Below are positions 38,493 to 52,911 of a DNA stretch of 64,000 bases, one piece after another. Every line of letters begins with the position of its first letter. Positions within the stretch are counted from its first letter, which is position 1. The position numbers were made by a program, and so were the translations under genes. The DNA is taken from assembly GCA_951406725.2 (NCBI GenBank), contig OX597820.1:102176001-102240000 (forward strand), written 5' to 3'. This stretch comes from Octopus vulgaris (lineage: Eukaryota). Under the pieces are notes generated by a model. That model searched no databases and was not told the origin of the DNA. It worked only from the letters and a program-made list of their open reading frames with translations.

Positions 38493-38513
38493 ATATATTT
38501 TTTATACACACAC

Positions 38514-38551
<38 letters not shown>

Positions 38552-38554
38552 CAA

Positions 38555-38605
<51 letters not shown>

Positions 38606-38612
38606 TATATAT

Positions 38613-38796
38613 ATTCTTTTATTCTTTTACTTGTTGGAGCACCACTTTTAGTCAAACTAAATGTCCCCACGACTTATTCATTGTAAGACTAGTATTTATT
38701 CTATCGGTCTCTTTTGCCAAACAGCTAAGTTACAGGGACATAAACACACCAACATCGATTGTCAAGTGATGGTGGGGGACAAACACAGGCACACAA

Positions 38797-38828
<32 letters not shown>

Positions 38829-39010
38829 GACGGGCTTCTTTCAGTTTCCATCTACCAAATCCACTCACAAGGCTTTGGTCAGCTTGAGGCTATAGTAGAA
38901 GACACTTGCCCAAGGTGCCATGCAGTGGGACTGAACCCAGAACCATTTGGTTGGTAAGCAAGCTTCTTTATTTCATTAAATTTGCCACCACACAGCCACG
39001 CCTACACCTA
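38613..39010 (-). mobile_element. SINE family A
   Basis: Consensus match. Confidence 0.85.
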
Positions 39011-39017
39011 TATGTAT

Positions 39018-39518
39018 AAAGGTGAGCTGGTAGAATCGTTAGCATGCCAGGTGAGATATGTAGTGGCATTTCTGGCTTTTCATTCGACTTTATCTTTTTG
39101 AGCTCAAATGCTGCTGAGTGCTGGGGCTGACTTTACCTTTCATTCTTTTGGAGTCAATAAAATAAATACCTACCAAGTGAGCACTGAGGTTGGTGTTATC
39201 AACTTACTCAACCCCTGAAATGGCTTTGTGTCAAAACTGGAAATCATTATATATATATATATATATATAGGTGGGTAGGTAGGAAAGGCGGCGAGCTAGC
39301 AGAAACATTAGCACATCGGGCGAAATGCTTACCGGTATTTCGTCTGCCATTACGTTCTGAGTTCAAATTCTGCCGAGGTCGACTTTGCCTTTCATCCTTT
39401 CGGGGTGGATAAATTAAGTGCCAGTTACGCACTGGGGTCGATGTAATCGACTTAATCCGTTTGTCTGTCCTTGTTTGTCCCCTTTGTGTTTGGCCCCTTG
39501 TGGGTAGTAAAGAAATAG
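39018..39518 (+). mobile_element. Two SINE B copies (39018-39250 old, 39285-39518 young)
   Basis: Consensus matches; young copy flanked by (TAGG)n. Confidence 0.85.
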
Positions 39519-39695
39519 GTAGGTAGGTAAGTAGGTAGGTAGGTAGGTAGGTAGGTAAGTATGTAGGTATGTAGGCAGGTATGTATGTAGGTAGGCTGGA
39601 AGATTGATAGATAGATAGATAGATACCAGCATACCTACCTATTTACCTATCTACCTATGTGCCTAAATACCTATATATCTATTTGTGTGTGTCTA

Positions 39696-39755
<60 letters not shown>

Positions 39756-39976
39756 GAGAGAGAGAGTGTGTGTGTGTGAGGCAGACTGACAGACAGACAG
39801 ACAAACAGATAGCTACCTAGATAGACAGATAGATTTATTTATCTGGGCTGGTGTTGCCATTATGTATAAAAACATAATAGACTACATCCAAAAGATCAGT
39901 CAGCTGATTGGCAATGAGTCACTCACCAACTTGCTATGACTATTTGCTTGCATATACATCTGTTTACTGGTAATTT

Positions 39977-40007
<31 letters not shown>

Positions 40008-40148
40008 CTCTTCTTCCTTCCTTCCTTCCTTTCTTTCTTTCTTTCTTTCTTTCTTTTATTTCAACTACAATCCTCTCTGCATCTCTATACATCATACCAT
40101 AACACCCCTGCCCAATAATACTGCTCAGAAGTTTACAAACTCACAAAG

Positions 40149-40194
<46 letters not shown>

Positions 40195-40269
40195 ACATGC
40201 ACATGCACATGCACGTGCGCACACACACACATTATCAATCAGATGCCCCCACCACCACCACCACCAGTG

Positions 40270-40650
40270 TCCAAGACTTCTCGATTCCCTCAGTGATATA
40301 TTGTATGCACACAATCAGCCAGGCTCTAGTTTCCAGTTCATTCCTTGACGTCATCATTCCACAAACACTTTTGACACCTCCTGCTCTCTTTGCCACAACA
40401 CTTCCTGTCAGGAAGTCTTGGACAATGACTTGTGGTGCACTGAATGTCCAAAATATGATAGATTTGTGGACTTGATTCTCGTGAATAGGTGTCTTTGACC
40501 TTTGAGGTTGCCACCATAGAGCCATTCCCACAGACAACCAGTCTTAAATCCTCTATTATTGCTTGGACAACTGTGATGAATAAGGAGACTTGCCTACTGG
40601 ACATGTCTCTGTACTCAATGCTAGTTCTCACCTTACTGAAAACAGACATT
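40270..40650 (-). pseudogene. Heavily deleted RTE LINE ORF relic
   Basis: SKVRTSIEYRD..RQV/SLFITVVQAIIEDL (RT region) and GK.SRRCQKCLWNDDVKE (C-terminal basic motif). Confidence 0.5.
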
Positions 40651-40688
40651 GGAACATGACTCAGCCCTTTCATTCATCGAATCCCATC

Positions 40689-41095
40689 AGGCGCAGGAGT
40701 GGCTGTGTGGTAAGTAGCTTGTTTACCAGCCACATGCTTCCGGGTTCAATCCCACTGCGTGGCACCTTGGGCAAGTGTCTTCTACTATAGCCTCGGGCCA
40801 ACCAAAGCCTTGTGAGTGGATTTGGTAAACGGAAACTGAAAGAAGCCTGTCATATAAATGTATATATATATATGCGTGTGTGTGTTTGTGTGTCTGTGTT
40901 TGTCCCCCTAGCATTGCTTGACAACTGATGCTGGTGTGTTTATGTACCCGTTACTTAGCCGTTCGGCAAAAGAAACTGATAGAATAAGTACTGGACTTAC
41001 AAAAGAATAAGTCCCGGGGTCGAGTTGCTCGATTAAAGGCAGTGCTCCAGCATAGCCACAGTCAAATGACTGAAACAAGTAAAAGAGTTAAGAGC
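40689..41095 (+). mobile_element. SINE family A
   Basis: Full consensus match. Confidence 0.92.
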
Positions 41096-41173
41096 AAACT
41101 GTCCGACCCATACCAACATGAAAGGCAGATGTTAAATGATGATGATGAAAAGAAATCCCCATTTAATGTAACC

Positions 41174-41871
41174 TAGGGGCTCTCAACCATTTTTTTTTGT
41201 CTATTTGCCTTACTAGCACCTGTGCTGGTGGCATGTTTAAAAAGATTTGAATGAGGTCGTTGCCAGTGCCGCTGGATTGGCTCCTGTGCAGGTGGCACAC
41301 AAAAAGCACCATTTGAGCGTTGCTGTTGCCGGCACCGCCCGACTGGCCCTTGTGCTGGTGGCATGTAAAAAGCACCCACTACACTCTCGGAGTGGTTGGC
41401 GTTAGGAAGGGCATCCAGCTGTAGAAACTCTGCCAAATCAAGATTGGAGCCTGGTGCAGCCATCTGGTTTGCCAGCCCTTAGTCAAAATCGTCCAACCCA
41501 TGCTAGCATGGAAAGCAGACGTTAAACGATGATGATGATGATGATCTTTGATTACTACTTTATTCTAGTGGACCCCCATAGTCATTTGATGTTTAAAAAC
41601 TAGTTTTATAGAAACTTCTTTCAAAATTCCTATTTTGTTTTTCACCCATTAACTTGTGTAGGTTGAACTATGTAAAATGTTAGAGAAAGAAACCTACCTG
41701 TTTTTTGCAATACATACCAATGCATACATCTAAAGCAGAATATTTTCAGGGGCCCTTAAAATACTATTGTCGATCTCCAATTTACTAATTTGTTGAGTGG
41801 ATCCACCCACCGCCACCCAAAAACTTATATAGACCCCCAGGGGCCATATAGACCCTTGTTGAAAACCAATG
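41174..41871. mobile_element. hAT (Charlie/Buster-like) MITE interrupted by a family C tail (41205-41545)
   Basis: Ends taggggctctcaacc / tgttgaaaaccaatg; 8-bp TSD atgtaacc / atgtaaac with central TA. Confidence 0.7.
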
Positions 41872-42072
41872 ATGTAAACCAAAGCAAGAAATTTAAAAAA
41901 TTAATGAGAAACTCGATTAGGTTCAGTGATATATCAAAAGAAAATATTTAATACATAAATTAATGAGCCATGAGATTCAATTACTGTTCTTGGTGGCAGG
42001 AGCAAGAGAAATGTTTAAGACTATTCCCAGTTCTTTGTCTCAAAAGGATGTTAATTATTAATTGAACTGAAT

Positions 42073-42318
42073 TCGGTGGCACGTAAAAAGCACCATCCGT
42101 CCGTGGCCATTTGCCAGCTCCGTCTGGCACCTGTGCGGGTGGCACGTAAAAAGCACCCACTACACTCACGGAGTGGTTGGCGTTAGGAAGGGCATCGAGT
42201 CGTAGAAACACTGCCAGATCAGACTGGGCCTGATGCAGCCTTCTGGCTTCACAGACCCCAGTTGAACCATCCAACCCATGCTAGCATGGAAAGCGGATGC
42301 TAAATGATGATGATGATG
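42073..42318 (+). mobile_element. Family C RTE tail, young
   Basis: Consensus match with CpGs retained; flanked by tgaattc on both sides. Confidence 0.85.
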
Positions 42319-43317
42319 AATTCATTTTGTATTACAAACACATCTCTCTGTTTCTGAACATTATGTTTAAATTTCAGTTCTCATGATTGTATATAGGTAC
42401 CACATGTAGGGATTACAGGTAAGTTCACAGCCATCAATTTACTGTAAAGAAAGTTCAACATGAGGAAAGTTCATCAGAAGAAAAGTTTACTGAGAAAATA
42501 TACTCACCATTAACTGTTAAAAACTATTTTATTGAAAAAAAAAATTAATAATAACAAGAGTAAAATTGAAGTTGAAAAATTATGTCAAAAAATTCATACA
42601 GTGAACTTTCCCTGTAGTGAATTCATGATGGTGAATTTATTGGACATGGCACATAGGTTTTTCTGTTCATTGAAGAAAAAATACCTTTTGCTCTTTCATT
42701 CTGTTCCTTGTTTTAGTGATTGGATTGCATCCATGCTGAGGCAACACCTTTAAAAGCATTATTTCATTTTATTGATCCTAATATGTTGCCTGACATGTAT
42801 TTCATAATCTGCCTTGATGTGAGGTGCATAACACAGATGAAATAAATATCATAAATGTAACTTTATACAACACACTGATTTATTCACAATCCTTCTTCAA
42901 TACACACATACATAGAAGCATGCACATGCACACGTATGCACACATACTCACACACACACATACACATGCACACTCACACACACACACATACACGCACACA
43001 CATATGTACAGTTCCTGGTAACTAAACTTCACTCTCAAAACATAACTTAAAAAGAAAACACTTGTCCAGAGTGCTTTGCAGTGGATTTTAACCCAGAACT
43101 GCACGGTTGCAAAGCAAACATTTTTAATCATGTAACCAAATTTGTATCCAAAGTTTGAAGTTATGAGAACTATAATTATAATAAAAAGCATCTGGTCTGC
43201 TGGATCAAAATCAAGATGCCAACGATAATATTTGGGGCAGTCTTTCCCAGAAACCTTTAGTTGGGTTTCACTACAAGTATGTTCATGTGTAATTAGTTCA
43301 TTACAATTAATTAATTG

Positions 43318-43720
43318 GAGGCATGTGGCTTAGTGGTTAGGGTATTCAGTTCCTGATCATAAGGTTGTGAGTTCGATTCCTGGTAGCACAATAAGTCCTT
43401 GAGCAAGACGCATTATTTCATATCACTCCAGTCTACTCAGCTGTCAAAAATTAGTTGTACCTGTATTTCAAAGGGCCAGCCTTGTCACATTCTGTGTCAT
43501 GCTGAATCTCCTTAAGTGTGTCTGTGGAGTGCTTAGCCAGTTGCACATTAATTTCATGAACAGGTGGTTGATGAGAGGAAGGGCGTCCAGCCATAAAAAC
43601 CTTGCCAAAACAGACAGTGAAGCCTGGTGCAGGCTTCTACCTAGCCAGCCCCTGTCAACCATCTAACTCATGCCAGTATGGAAAATGGATGTTAAATGAT
43701 GATGATGTTGTTGATGATGA
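43318..43720 (+). mobile_element. SINE family D head/body joined to a family C tail
   Basis: tggcttagtggtt, gagttcgattcc, ccttgagcaag then aggaagggcgtccagcc...gttaaatgatgatg. Confidence 0.7.
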
Positions 43721-44600
43721 ACCCAGTTCATCTTGTACTGTTTTGCAAGTTATTTAAGAAAGGACAGGCAGTGTCATAAATTTTGGAGGCCTTCTCAGAC
43801 TAGTGAGAATGGTATCATTGATGATAAGCCTGAACATCTGCAGATTAATACTTGAAGAAAAAAAGAAGACAAGAAGGAAACCAAATGATTTAAAAATGTA
43901 TAACACAGTAAACTTTGCTAAAAATAACCAAGGACCCGGTTATCATTATCATTACCATTATTTTTACATTCACTTTTCCATCCTTGCATAGGTTAGACAG
44001 AATTCGTCGAGGCAGATGTTCTATGGCCCAGTACCTTTCCTGCCTCTACCCCTACCCCTTACCTGCTTCCAGACAGCTTAATGTTTCCCTATGGCTAAAA
44101 TTTTCCTTGAAATGAACAACATCTCATGCTTGTTTTGAACTGTCATGTGATGTCAAGATGAGGAGACACATACACTTACATACATACGGATATAAACATC
44201 TATGCACACACACACATACACACTACAGGCTTTCTTTGGTTTCTGTGTAGCCCAAAGGCTTTAAAAAAACTCCACTTCATAGCCAGTGATGCTTTTAGAA
44301 AAGACAATTTTTCAGATATTTCTTTAATATTTTTCTCATGAACAAATTTCCCATAACAGTGTAAGAATAGAATCAAATGATTCTAGAGGTGGATATGAAA
44401 GCCATATCTACAGGATATACTGGAAAACGTATAGCAAGAGCAAAAAACATTAATTCTGTTTTTTTGGTAGCTAATTAACATCATTACAAGAATGATCATG
44501 AAATCTAATTATGCAGTCAAAGAGTTAATATATCATGGTATTAATTATTTTGATCCAGAATAGATGAGAAAATCAACTCTGCCAGGATTGACATTTAGAA

Positions 44601-44870
44601 CATCATCACCACCACCACCACCACCACCGCCACTCCTACCACCGCCACCACCACTACCACTTCCGCCGCCACCACGACCACCACTGCCGCCGCCCCCGCC
44701 ACCACCACCACCACCACCGCCGCCCCCCGCCGTGCCACCACCACCACCACCACCACCACCACCACCACCGCCACCACCACCATCACCACCATCGCCACCA
44801 GTGCAACTGCCACCGTCGCCACTGCTGCCGCCACCACTGTCGCTGCCACCACCACCACCACCACCACCAT
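44601..44870. repeat. (CCA/CCG)n trinucleotide tract at the tail of a minus-strand family C copy (44870-45040)
   Basis: Direct inspection. Confidence 0.85.
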
Positions 44871-45427
44871 AATTTAATATCCATTTTCCCATACTGGCAT
44901 GTGCTGGACTGTTTAACAGGAGCTGGTCGACTGGGGAGCTGTATGGGCCTCATGTCTTTTTTGGCTTGGTTACTACGGCTGGATGTCTTTCCTAACAGCA
45001 ACCACTTTTTACACAGTGTACTGGGTGCTTTTTACATTGCAACAGTACCCTCAGGCCCACAAGACATGAAAGTACATACACAAACGCAACTAGGTATTTG
45101 GTCAGACATCTGCCAGTTATGCTCTTAATTTCTCTTAATGGCACTCTTTTGAGTGGGAATGTTTATGCTTCAATTTCACTCTGCACTCAGTCCAAAACAT
45201 TTCATTATCTACAAGGCATTGACTCTCTTTACATGTAGAGGCAGTTAACATTATCTTCTTCAACCAAGTTGTTACAAGCATTAATTTGCAATCTTAGTTT
45301 AAACACAAAATTCCTTATAGTAGATATAATTATGTTTCCTTTTAGTCTTGGTGAGATAAGAGCAATTATCCAATGTGTGTTTATATGCATGTGTGTGTGA
45401 GTGTGCGCGTGCGCACATGCATATATA

Positions 45428-45459
<32 letters not shown>

Positions 45460-45479
45460 CAAATACATGCACATGCATG

Positions 45480-45513
<34 letters not shown>

Positions 45514-45572
45514 CATGCATGTATATATTCATACATTTATATATATATGTATATCTGCCTACCCATCTATCT

Positions 45573-45618
<46 letters not shown>

Positions 45619-45635
45619 TACACACATATATTATA

Positions 45636-45735
<100 letters not shown>

Positions 45736-45745
45736 ATCATCTGAC

Positions 45746-45825
45746 TTTCATAGGGTTACAGCTGTTTTATAACTTTCTTAGTACCAAATAAAGAAGGTTG
45801 TGAAACAGCTGTAATCTTATGAAAA
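45746..45825. repeat. ~34-bp-arm inverted repeat with hammerhead remnant
   Basis: tttcatagggttacagctgttttataactttctt / aagaaggttgtgaaacagctgtaatcttatgaaa; GAAA-CAGCTG-TA then AATAAA; (TA)n flank. Confidence 0.6.
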
Positions 45826-45949
45826 TTACGTGGTTAAATAAATATATATTCACCTTACATACCTCCAAACTTTATGTTTTTACATTTGTATATAGATATT
45901 ATATATACATGTGTGTGTGTGTGTGTGTGTGTTGAATAAGCATAAAAGT

Positions 45950-46305
45950 ATGACCATGTGGTAAGAAGCTTGGTTGTGGTTGTGAGGCACCTTGTGCTGG
46001 TGTCTTGTTTGGGCTGACCAAAGTCTTACAAGTGGACTTAGTAGACGGAAACTGAAAGAAGCTCACTGTATGTGTGTGTGTGTGTAAGTGTGTCTTTGTG
46101 TATGTCTTTGTCATCCATCACCACTTGATAACTGGTATTGGTGCGTTTGCATCCCCCGTAACTTAACAGTTCTGCAAAAGAGACCAATAGAATAAGTACC
46201 AGACTTAAAAATTAAGTACTGGGGTTGATACATTTGACTAAAAAGGCAAGACAGTGCCCCAGCATGGTTGCAGTCTAATGACTGGAACTAGTAAAAGATA
46301 AAAGA
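45950..46305 (+). mobile_element. SINE family A, diverged
   Basis: Consensus match. Confidence 0.8.
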
Positions 46306-46399
46306 TGTACCATGAGAGAGATGGTGGAGATGGGAAAAAAAAATTATTACATCACCTATTAGAGATGATCATTGCATTTTTCGTAGACAGTACAGAAAT

Positions 46400-46890
46400 G
46401 CTAACCACAATCGAAATCGAAGTCGAAATCAAACTCGGTGACTGGCATCCATTGCTAGTGGAGCACTAAGAGTACCATACGAATGAGATCATTGCCAGAG
46501 CAAAAAGCTGGCCTTCATGCCGATGGCATGTTAAGCACACCATTCAAGGGTGATCGTTACCGCATCGCCTTTCTAGCACTTGTGCTGGTGGCACGTGAAA
46601 CATTCGAGCGAGGTCAGCGCCAGTGCCACTAGACTGGCTCCTGTGCAGGTGGCATGTAAAAAGCACTATTTGGGCATGACCATTGCCAGTACCACCAAAC
46701 TGGCCCTCGTGCTGGTGGCATGTAAAAGCACCCACTACACTCTTGGAGTGGTTGGCATTAGGAAAGGTATCCAGCTGTAGAAACTCTGCCAGATCAGATT
46801 GGAGTCTGGTTCGCCAGACCTCAGTCAAATCGTCCAACCCATGCTAGCATGGAAAGAAGACGTTAAATGATGATAATGATGATGATGAAT
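46400..46890 (+). mobile_element. Family C RTE 3' UTR with five internal repeat units
   Basis: Repeated tgc.ggtggca.gt.aa units and (GAT)n tail. Confidence 0.8.
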
Positions 46891-47719
46891 ACCAACAGAT
46901 ATGTATGACAAAGGACCACAATAATTGGTGACATACAGTGCGAGAAAAAAATCTGACACCCTCATGCAAACATGATCAAAAGATCACCAAAGTGGGTAGT
47001 TTTGGATGGCTAGGATGCTCTCACTACATTTGTCCTCCATTTCCCTCACTACCATTTCTGTGTTTGTCACTGATCTTGATGTATTCATTCACTTCTCTTC
47101 CTCCGCCTATCTTTCTCTCACAAACACTATTCTGCTTTCATACTGGTGTGAATGGCAATGCAGCAGATAAAGTAATCAATATATTTATTGAAAGTTGTAT
47201 ATGCTTGAGTTGATACTTGGAATTTTTGTTCACAATCTTCAGGTGACATCATTTTTGTCATCACCAGCATCATGATGATTATCATAATCATGATCATCTG
47301 CATTATTTTTACATCCACTTATTCCATACTGGCTTGGACAGAATGAAACTTCTTCCAGCAGTATTCTAGAGCCAAAAGCTCTTCATGAGACCATCTTTCA
47401 TTTGATTTCAGTTAAAGTAATTTATTCCATTTTTCTGTAAGGAGATCTGCTGAACAACACAGTGGTGACATTGTTTATGCTTTGCATAAACAGTGTTGTC
47501 ACTGCGCAACAGTGTTCCTGTGAAAACACATTGAGTCAAACACACCCATATAAACATATGTATGCGATTCACACAGACACAGATACAAAAGTGTGTGTGT
47601 ATATTTACACACACATATATATAATATATTATGTGTATATGTACATATATATATTTATATTTATCTGTCTGTATGCCTGTCTGTCAGGCTATCTATCTAT
47701 CTATTTATCTATCTATCTA

Positions 47720-47773
<54 letters not shown>

Positions 47774-47848
47774 TACCAACATACCTACCTACCTACCTAC
47801 CTACCTCCCTCCCTCCCTCCCTCCCTCCCTACCTACCTACCTACCTAC

Positions 47849-47955
<107 letters not shown>

Positions 47956-48906
47956 CCTAAAAAGTACCCGTGCCAGTCCTGTACATAGTGCCCATGCTGG
48001 TGCTTTGTAAATAAGCACCCAGAACACTCTGTAAGGTGATCAGTTATAGGAAGCACATCTAACAGTAGAAACTGAGTCAAATCAACCTGGAACCTGGTAC
48101 AGCTCTCCAGCTTGCCAGCCCGAGGCTATAGTAGAAGACACTTTCCCAAGGTGGCATGCAGTAGCACTAAACCTGGAACCATGTGGTTGGGAAGCAAGCT
48201 TCTTATCACACAGCAACTTCTGCAGCTTGAATATATATTGAGAGAGATAGAGGAGATAGAAAAATTTTTTACATCACACATGAGAAATGATCTTTGCATT
48301 TGCTATAAACCATACAGAAGTGCTAGCCACAACACCAAAGTAACATCCCAAATTCTACCATCTAAATTAAAAGCCTTAAAGTAACAAGCTATGATTCCTC
48401 ATACCAATGGCCTATGAATGAGGAAAGCAATCCACATGGTGACAGTATTATGGTATTACATATATATATTATGCAGGAAACAGCTAAAGTTCTAACCTTG
48501 CCTGCACACACACACACACACATACACACACACATGCACATACACATATGCACATACACACACGCACATGCACACACACACAACGCACATGCGTCTTACT
48601 GGTAGCACAACAAAAAAGGGCTGGGTACACACTGTAAAGCCAATGGTTACAAGAAGTGTCTCCAGTGATAGAATCCAGACCGAAAATGGGTCATAAATGA
48701 AACATGGACTTTCAAAGCCACATTTTGAGCAATCTACCTCGGAGAGTAGTAACTCCAAAAAGAACTGGTGCAAGTAAAAGAGGACTCTTTTGTTTTGCTT
48801 CAAACAACATAGCTAGAACTGCTGACATATTAAACATCCAGGTTACATCTTATGAAATGCGTAATGACAAATTTATTAAGATTTTTCCTGCAGGTATGCT
48901 GTAGAT

Positions 48907-51327
48907 CAGTGATTCCCAACATGGTCTCTGGGTCCCACCGGTGGTCCCCAGAGACTTTCTAGTGGTCCCTAGAGAATTCGTAGCCATAAAAAAATTGAAG
49001 CCGTTTCAGATCTACACAATATTGGTCAATAATAAAGACACTGTAAGTTAATAATAATAATTTATATGAAGACAGAATAATAATAACAAGAAAATAAAAT
49101 TCAATAATTATTCCATAAGAATCAATAATGTATAATATATAATCAATAATATATTACAATTAAGAATTACATAATTTAAATTTTACAATCACAATAGTTA
49201 CATAATAAATTTGATATTTTTTATAGATCACTACACAATATAGTTTAATAATAAATTTGATACGTTTAATTTATAGAAATAAAGTATTTATTATTTTTAT
49301 TTTTTTAAAGATCAGTTGTAATAACGTCTGAACCAACTTCTAAAAAGGCAAAAACTGAAGAACTACAAAGAAGATTTTATCATGTTTAGTTTTGTATATG
49401 TAGACTCAAAACCTATGTGTCTTGAATGTGATGCCATCATGACAAATCATTCCATTCCATGGAGCAGCACCAGAAATTAAGGCATCCATCATCTGTTGGT
49501 AAAGCTAGGGAATATTTTGAGAATAAAAAGAAAATAGAGCTAATCAAACTACCTGACTTTGTAAAGAAGATAAATACTGAAAAAGCAAAGACACTCAAAA
49601 CCAAGTTATTTGGTTTCTGAATTTATTGCCAAGGTTGCAGCACCTCAGATTGATTGGTGAGAAACTTGTCAGGCCTGCTATGATAGCTTGTGCAAATGAG
49701 GTTCTGGGAAAAGATGCTGCATCTCCTCTGAGTACAATTCCACTTTCAAATAGTACAATTACAAGAAGACAGGATGAAATGTCTAATTTTGCTGAGAAAT
49801 TCTCCAAAAGACAAATTTTTCTATCCAGGTTCATGATAGCACAATTCATAACCAAGCTATTCTTCTGGTCTATGTCAGATTCATCCATGAAGATGATATA
49901 AGGGAAGAAATGTTATTCATTAAAAGTTTGTCAGAAACTACTACTGGAGAAGATATATTCAAAGAAGTAATGCAGTATTTTAATGATAAAAATATTCCAT
50001 TGACTAATTTGATCAACATTGCATCAGATGGAGCTGCAGCCATGACTGGAAAAGTGAGAGGCTTTGTTTCTAGAATGAAATCAGTTGCTCTTCACATTTT
50101 TTATATACATTGCATTATCTACAGACAGCATTTGGTTGCTAAGAATATTGGAGGACACACAGAAGAAGCACTCCACACTGCCATACATGCAATTAACTTT
50201 GTCAGATCAAACTCAGTGAATAATAGATTTTTTATGCAATTCTGTGAATATGAAGATTTTAAAACCCTATTGCTTCACACAGAAGTTAGATGGTTGTCAA
50301 AAGGCTTGAGCCTTGAAAGACTAATGAATTTGTGGGAACTATTAATCAACTTTTTCCTGTTCAAGAGTCAGATGACTCATTACAACTCCAAGAAGCAAGC
50401 TGATACAGTTAAGAACATTTTGGAAAGACTTTATGAGTTTAAATCAAAAATAATCTACTTGAGTGATATTTTTAAACAATGAATCTGCTTAACTTAGAGC
50501 TGCAAGGTAGAAAATCAGAATTGGTCACCTGTTCTCATAAGATAAAAGGGTATATGGGGAAATTAATATTTTAGAAAAAAACAGTTTGAAAAAAGATATT
50601 TGGCATCATTTCAAAATTTTAACACCACTGTCCCTACATTGGAATGCATTGCTGCATGCATTACCCATCTTGAAGGTCTTCATGTAGACTTTGAGAGAAG
50701 ATACAATGATTTATTAGAGATAGATTATCCACTCTGGTTTGTAGACATAGAAAATTATGAGCCAGGAGATGATAATTTTGAGTTGGTTGAAAAGTAGTTG
50801 GATTTGAGAGAGAATATGAAACTGAGAAGAAGATTTGAAAAAGAAGGAATCACACCCAAATACTTTTCAACATGTAGAAGCAAGCATCACTTCTTTCCCT
50901 ACCACATGGATGGTGGAATCTGCATTTTCAGCTGTTGTAGATTTTTTAAGTAGAAAAGAAATAAATTAGATGTCAACTACAGAGGAACTATCAGACTAAG
51001 ACTAAATGAGTTCATTAAAATTGATTATGATATCTTGTGTGAGAAACACCAATATCCAGCTAGTCACTAGCTGAATGGACTAAAAATGAACGACTTTATG
51101 AAAAATGATTTCAATATGCTGTGTTTATCTTTATTTACTAAAATAAATTTAAAATTTTGTCTTTGGTTTGCTAAAATAAATTTTAAAAGTGTAAATAGAC
51201 TATTTTGCCTTTTCATTAAGTGTCTTAGTGTGAAAATAGAACAGCATAAAGTAAAAGTAGAGGTGGTCCCCAGAAAGTTTTTCAAGTAAAAAATGGTCCC
51301 TGGGCTAAAAAGAGTTGGGAACCACTG
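48907..51327 (+). mobile_element. Full-length decayed hAT transposon, Buster/Charlie group
   Basis: TIRs cagtgattcccaac / gttgggaaccactg; perfect 8-bp TSD CTGTAGAT at 48899-48906 and 51328-51335 (nnnTAnnn). Confidence 0.95.
49320..51070 (+). pseudogene. hAT transposase pseudogene (ZBED8/GTF2IRD2-like family)
   Basis: BED-finger start KPMCLECDAIM, IGEKLVRPA..IPLSNSTITRR, SDGAAAMTG, HCIIYRQHL, HTEVRWLSKG, FPTTWMVESAFS; multiple stops and frameshifts. Confidence 0.92.
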
Positions 51328-51412
51328 CTGTAGATAACGTGAACCATTGTAGTGATGGGATTCTGTGAGATAAACCCATTCAACACCAACATAGAAAAAT
51401 CATGAGTGTAAA

Positions 51413-51444
<32 letters not shown>

Positions 51445-52140
51445 AGTGATAATACACAATACATACAAACATCATACATGTGATTAGAGCTGTCCTAAAA
51501 TGTTGTCACGGTACTACTGTAGCACAGATTCTGTATATATGTGCTTTTGAATGTAACAGGGACCAACTGGCCTTTGGCCACTGTTTGTATCCCATTGTTT
51601 CTACTACCCCGATTGGTTGGTATTGGCACAATATGTCTCCTACTCTGTTGCACCAACTGACTGTGGATAGTCAGTCAGAGGCTTTAGATAGCATCATGTG
51701 AACAACCTTTTTCGAACTCTTTTGAGCCTACTGCTCCCTATAAAAACTCATCATTTTCCTCATTATACATCTTTGGTTCCAGACCTCTTTAGGTCTAGCC
51801 ACTGACCACAGATGACACAGCCAGTTCCAGCAACAATATCACAGCAGCCACGTTGAGACTTACCAACTTCATCCAGCATCAATACGGCAACCTCCGTCTT
51901 CGTCACCACTATCATCTTTTTAACGTTGTCGACATCATCTCTCTATGTACACAACTCAACAAGCAACTTTCCCAGGTTCCAATACTTCACTGTTCGTGAA
52001 TTACTTCACCATGGATCAACAGCAAATGTACAGCCTGTAAGAACTCCTGTACCAAGTGATCCTGGCAGCAGTATCACAGCCACAACTTCACATACATCTA
52101 CCTCCACCGGCTCAGCATCTTCTTGATATAATATTTCAAC

Positions 52141-52371
52141 TACTCTTTACTCTTTTACTCTTTTACTTGTTTCAGTCATTTGACTGTGGCTATGCTGGAG
52201 CACCGCCTTTAATCGAGCAACTCGACCCCGGTCCTTATTCTTTTGTAAGCCCAGTACTTATTCTATCGGTCTCTTTTGCTGAACCGCTAAGTAATGGGGA
52301 CATAAACACACCAGCATTGGTTGTCAAGCAATGCTAGAGGGACAAACACAGATACACAAACACACACACGC

Positions 52372-52402
<31 letters not shown>

Positions 52403-52563
52403 TACGATGGGCTTCTTTCAGTTTCCGTCTACCAAATCCACTCACAAGGCTTTGGTTGGCCCGAGGCTATAGTAGAAGACACTTGCCCAAGGTGCCATGA
52501 AGTGGGACTGAACCCGGAACCATGTGGTTGGTAGACAAGCTACTTACCACACAGCCACTCCTG
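52141..52563 (-). mobile_element. SINE family A
   Basis: Full consensus match. Confidence 0.92.
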
Positions 52564-52679
52564 AACTATGAACTGGTATTAATGATCTTGTGTCTATGAA
52601 CAATCTTTTCACTTCTCTTTATAGATTCTTTCACTGTCTTGACACGTGCATACATCTTTTCTTACACACACATATATCT

Positions 52680-52911
52680 ATTTCTTTACTACCCACAAGG
52701 GGCTAAACACAGAGAGGACAAACAAGGACAGACAAACGAATTAAGTAAATTATATCGACCCCAGTGCATAACTGGTACTTATTTAATCGACCCTGAAAGG
52801 ATGAAAGGCAAAGCCGACCTCAGCGGAATTTGAACTCAGAATGTAAAGGCAGACGAAATACAGCTACGCATTTCGCCCGGCGTGCTAACGTTTCTGCCAG
52901 CTTGCCGCCTT
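52680..52911 (-). mobile_element. SINE family B
   Basis: Full consensus match. Confidence 0.9.

Noticed and set aside
44545-44892. Poly-Pro / poly-Gly ORFs
   Set aside because: Translations of a CCA/CCG tract forming the tail of a family C element; no other coding evidence
49910-50482. Domesticated ZBED/SCAN-domain host gene
   Set aside because: Lies between TIRs and TSD with many stops and frameshifts
51690-52125. C-rich unique-looking segment with Ser/Thr-rich short ORF
   Set aside because: No recognisable domain, splice signals or second copy; cannot be classified
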